From IMG/VR virus record IMGVR_UViG_3300034109_001012: a stretch of DNA of 64,000 bases. One strand, written 5' to 3'. Every line of letters starts with the position of its first letter. Within the stretch, counting starts at the first letter, position 1. The position numbers and the translations under genes are program-made. Shown here one piece after another: positions 61,857 through 64,000 of this stretch. The notes beneath the pieces were generated by a model. It ran no database searches, had not been told where the DNA came from, and saw only the letters and a list, made by a program, of their open reading frames with translations. Origin of the DNA: a virus.

Positions 61857-61902
61857 GCGATCGCACGGAGTCGAACCGTGCTAGGAGCTAACCTGCGATC
61901 GC
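61857..61902 (-). ncRNA. tRNA-like minihelix A (acceptor stem + T-arm, no D or anticodon arms)
   Basis: Minus-strand RNA: GCGAUCG-CAGGUUAGCUCCUAG-CACGG-UUCGACU-CCGUG-CGAUCGC, then an unpaired A. It starts directly after the stop codon at 61903-61905. Confidence 0.6.
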
Positions 61903-62106
61903 TCAAACATATTCTAGGATCGCCCCATCGGGGAAATCCGAATACATCTCAGCCTCCTTAGCGAAAGCTAGAAAATCCTTGTGTATAAATACGTCAGTAC
62001 CATTAAAGGTACTCAGGACGTACCCAGCTTCTGCTAACTGGTTACGATAAGCCCCGACCGCCTTTTTGTAGTCGGCGCTAATTTTCAACCCCTTTGCTAG
62101 TGTCAT
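61903..62106 (-). CDS. hypothetical protein
   Basis: 67-aa ORF flanked on both sides by tRNA-like modules. Confidence 0.5.
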   Translation of the reverse strand: MTLAKGLKISADYKKAVGAYRNQLAEAGYVLSTFNGTDVFIHKDFLAFAKEAEMYSDFPDGAILEYV

Positions 62107-62144
62107 GTCTCTACCTTTGTGTTGTTTAAATCCCTTTCGGGAAT

Positions 62145-62186
62145 GCGACCACTGGGAATCGAACCCAGTCAGGGGCCTGCGGTCGC
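62145..62186 (-). ncRNA. tRNA-like minihelix B
   Basis: Minus-strand RNA: GCGACCG-CAGGCCCCUGA-CUGGG-UUCGAUU-CCCAG-UGGUCGC, then an unpaired A and a UCCC-GAAA-GGGA tetraloop hairpin. It lies 4 nt after the stop at 62191-62193. Confidence 0.6.
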
Positions 62187-62190
62187 TGTC

Positions 62191-62994
62191 TTAGTCAACA
62201 AGATCGCACTTTGCTGTCATCTTGTTTCCGCAGGGAAAATCCGCACAAACGGATTGATATAGCGGGTTTTTAGTCCCAAAGGCTTTGGTCACGGTTCCCT
62301 GTCCATAGACAGGGTGATTGATAATGTCCCCGACTTTCAATAAACCCGTCGAGGGTTTATTTAAATCCTCCAGGTATTTTTCAATAACCTTGATTGCTTC
62401 TGTGTAAAAATGCTCCCGTTGGGGAGTGTAGACCTTCTCCACTTTTTCGGTAGGCAAGTCTAAGACGGCCAAATCCGCCACAGTATATTCCGTGACTTCC
62501 CCATAGCCCGTTTCATAGGCGATGGTAGTGGCACTGGGAAACTTGGGTTTTCCCTCAATAACTTCCCCAAATTGGTTCACGGCTTTAGTTGCCGTGTAGG
62601 TGACTAAAACCTCGTATTCATCAGCCACAAAATGGGCTTTGGGGCTAGGGGTTTCACCCCATTGAGAATTGCCTCCCCGCATCCCATCAGGGGATTCTTT
62701 GCGACGGGTGGGGCGGGCGGTTTTTTGGTAACTACCGTGTAGTTTTTCGCAGGAAACGGATTCCTGTTTTTGTTCGTGGGTGACAACCCATTCTAGGGGT
62801 GTCACCTTAACTGAATTTGGTAACGGGGTGACGCTACCAATGGAGTCGCCGTCTTTCCAGACGTTTCCTCTGTTGTCAACGTGACATCCCTTTGTAGGGA
62901 GTTTTAGGGCATCACACCCCAAAACCGCATTCCATTTCCACTCAGGGGTTTTTGGAGCTTTGGCGGTTTTGGCGGTTTTGGTTGCGACTGTCAT
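62191..62994 (-). CDS. hypothetical protein with C-terminal Tudor/SH3-like VGDxIxHxxYGxGTV motif
   Basis: 267 aa. VGDIINHPVYGQGTVTKAF resembles the small C-terminal domain seen in UvrD/PcrA-type proteins. N-terminal KTAKTAKAPKTP repeat. Confidence 0.45.
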   Translation of the reverse strand: MTVATKTAKTAKAPKTPEWKWNAVLGCDALKLPTKGCHVDNRGNVWKDGDSIGSVTPLPNSVKVTPLEWVVTHEQKQESVSCEKLHGSYQKTARPTRRKESPDGMRGGNSQWGETPSPKAHFVADEYEVLVTYTATKAVNQFGEVIEGKPKFPSATTIAYETGYGEVTEYTVADLAVLDLPTEKVEKVYTPQREHFYTEAIKVIEKYLEDLNKPSTGLLKVGDIINHPVYGQGTVTKAFGTKNPLYQSVCADFPCGNKMTAKCDLVD

Positions 62995-63026
62995 GGCGTT
63001 ATGTCCTCTGTGCGTTTACAAATTCT

Positions 63027-63056
63027 ATAATATACGCATACTTTAGAAATTGTCAA
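63027..63056 (-). promoter_or_regulatory. promoter P4 (same family leader as P1)
   Basis: The reverse complement reads TTGACA-16 to 18 nt-TATATTAT. The leader AAACGCACAGAGGACATAACGCC-ATG is nearly identical to the P1 leader AAACACGCAGAGGACATAACACC-ATG. Confidence 0.6.
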
Positions 63057-63262
63057 CCTTTTTTTAAAAAAATTTTATAAAAGGCTTGTAAGTCTTGTGG
63101 GGCAATCGCTCCACGGGATAGGCGTTCAACGAACTCACTCCTGGACACTCCCAAGAGCGCAGCTAATTTATCAAGCCGTTGCCACGCCGTGTCGGTCAAA
63201 CTCAGATTGTGAGGCTTTTTCTTTTCCCCATAGTCGGGGACTCTGTTTATATAGTCGCGCAT
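63053..63262 (-). CDS. ribbon-helix-helix (CopG/MetJ-type) DNA-binding protein
   Basis: HNLSLTDTAWQRLDKLAALLGVSRSEFVERLSRG fits the beta-strand plus two helices pattern of RHH proteins. Confidence 0.65.
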   Translation of the reverse strand: MRDYINRVPDYGEKKKPHNLSLTDTAWQRLDKLAALLGVSRSEFVERLSRGAIAPQDLQAFYKIFLKKG

Positions 63263-63349
63263 TGTGCCATCTCCTGCTGTATTTATATATTTCTATACTA
63301 TACGCATTGGCAAATTAAATCCATTATCAGGAGCAATTGGCAACAGGTA

Positions 63350-63370
63350 AATCAAAAAAATATTTTGATT
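63350..63370. promoter_or_regulatory. palindromic operator O1
   Basis: AATCAAAA-AAATA-TTTTGATT has perfect 8-bp arms. Confidence 0.55.
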
Positions 63371-63390
63371 CTGTATTAAAGAGATATAAA

Positions 63391-63414
63391 AATCAAAATA
63401 TTTTTTGATATAAT
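63391..63414 (+). promoter_or_regulatory. operator O2 overlapping an extended -10 promoter
   Basis: AATCAAAA-TATT-TTTTGATA (7 of 8 arm match), with TGaTATAAT at 63406-63414. This lies 31 nt upstream of the nblA-like ATG. Confidence 0.55.
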
Positions 63415-63444
63415 CTATGTGTTGATATTCTTATAACAACGGAA

Positions 63445-63609
63445 ATGGAACCAACACAGCTAACAATGGAGCAAGAATTTAAACTTGCGACAATTAAACG
63501 TAATGTGGATATATTGACATTGGAGGAAGCTAGAGAATATATAATTGAATTAATAAGGCAAGGTATGATTAAAGATGATTTGATTAAAAATTGGATGAGG
63601 ATGAAATGA
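63445..63609 (+). CDS. nblA: NblA-like phycobilisome degradation protein (not in ORF track)
   Basis: 54 aa: MEPTQLTMEQEFKLATIKRNVDILTLEEAREYIIELIRQGMIKDDLIKNWMRMK. It follows the NblA pattern (LSLEQQF...MSHDQAKDFLVKLYEQMVV in Anabaena NblA, recalled from memory). Its stop overlaps the tmk ATG. Confidence 0.6.
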   Translation: MEPTQLTMEQEFKLATIKRNVDILTLEEAREYIIELIRQGMIKDDLIKNWMRMK

Positions 63610-64000
63610 GTAAATTGATTGCTTTTGAAGGGATTGACCGCAGTGGGAAAACAACCCAAATTAGAAAACTTTGCGACCATTTCACGGCGTTAAAGTTAAA
63701 GTTCTACATCACAAGAGAACCCTGTGATTATGACGTTCGGTTTGAATTAAAGAATGGGCTTTTGACACCGGAGCAGCAGCTTAAATTAATCCTGAAGGAT
63801 AGGATTAAACACAATCCCACGATTAAATATTTGTTAGAAGATTCTGATTTGGTATTGTGCGATCGATACACGGATTCAACTCTTGCTTATCAGGGGTATG
63901 GGCACGGGCTTAATTTAGATAATTTAAGGAAGCTAAATCACGAGGCGACGGGGGGAATTGATCCCGATATGGTGATTTTGTTCGATTGTCCTGTTGAGGT
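63606..64000 (+). CDS. tmk: thymidylate kinase (3'-truncated by the window end)
   Basis: MSKLIAFEGIDRSGKTTQ contains the P-loop. TREP, DRYTDSTLAYQGYG and a PD-containing lid region follow. The ORF is still open at the window end. Confidence 0.85.
   Translation, partial: MSKLIAFEGIDRSGKTTQIRKLCDHFTALKLKFYITREPCDYDVRFELKNGLLTPEQQLKLILKDRIKHNPTIKYLLEDSDLVLCDRYTDSTLAYQGYGHGLNLDNLRKLNHEATGGIDPDMVILFDCPVE

Noticed and set aside
61857-62186. Full-length tRNA genes, or an attP core derived from a tRNA 3' end
   Set aside because: The elements are only 42-46 nt and have no D or anticodon arms. Extending upstream runs into coding sequence without an alternative acceptor strand. Two tandem copies with a conserved downstream leader, and no integrase in the window, argue against a simple attP.
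63393-63680. 95-aa minus-strand ORF from the track
   Set aside because: It lies antisense to the much better supported nblA-like and tmk genes. Its sequence is low-complexity and Ile/Ser/Asn/Phe-rich, typical of AT-rich antisense frames.
1-64000. Photosynthesis-type auxiliary genes (psbA, hli), integrase, transposase or other mobile elements
   Set aside because: No ORF shows the corresponding motifs. The only auxiliary-type genes recognised are the nblA-like gene and tmk.

Overview
This window reads as an almost continuous tailed-phage genome, or a prophage, from a cyanobacterial host. It looks siphovirus-like. The cyanobacterial octamer HIP1 (GCGATCGC) occurs 22 times by eye, against fewer than 1 expected by chance. 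No rRNA gene, full-length tRNA, CRISPR array, integrase or transposase was seen.

Genes sit in many short blocks of alternating strand:
- 0.1-8.4 kb (+): small DNA-binding proteins, then an envelope-associated operon. It holds small TM proteins, a membrane-anchored FtsK/SpoIIIE-like ATPase, an M23 peptidase and a GH108 lysozyme-like protein. HTH proteins and a RuvC-like resolvase follow.
- 8.5-15.2 kb: a Dam-type methyltransferase, large proteins of unknown function, and a glycoside-hydrolase mini-operon.
- 15.3-19.3 kb: an early-type region of small genes. It uses a reiterated near-consensus promoter (TTGACATATAGCCGT...) and extended -10 promoters.
- 19.3-27.6 kb: a ParB-methyltransferase fusion, TerS-like and TerL proteins, and a 1477-aa MuF/gp7-domain giant protein.
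- 32.2-50.6 kb (-): a 2641-aa tape measure protein, a tail chaperone pair with a likely -1 frameshift, a tail tube candidate, head-tail proteins, a lambda-E-like major capsid protein, scaffold and protease candidates, and three tandem arginine-rich paralogs.
- 50.6-59 kb (+): an XRE-family HTH protein, a portal candidate, tail fibre proteins and membrane proteins.
- 59-64 kb: a third methyltransferase, moron-like cassettes, an RHH regulator, and an nblA-like gene coupled to thymidylate kinase.

The most unusual signal is a pair of covarying tRNA-like minihelices (acceptor stem plus T-arm only) that punctuate a minus-strand operon at 61.8-62.2 kb. All functional calls rest on motifs read by eye. 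No database search was possible.
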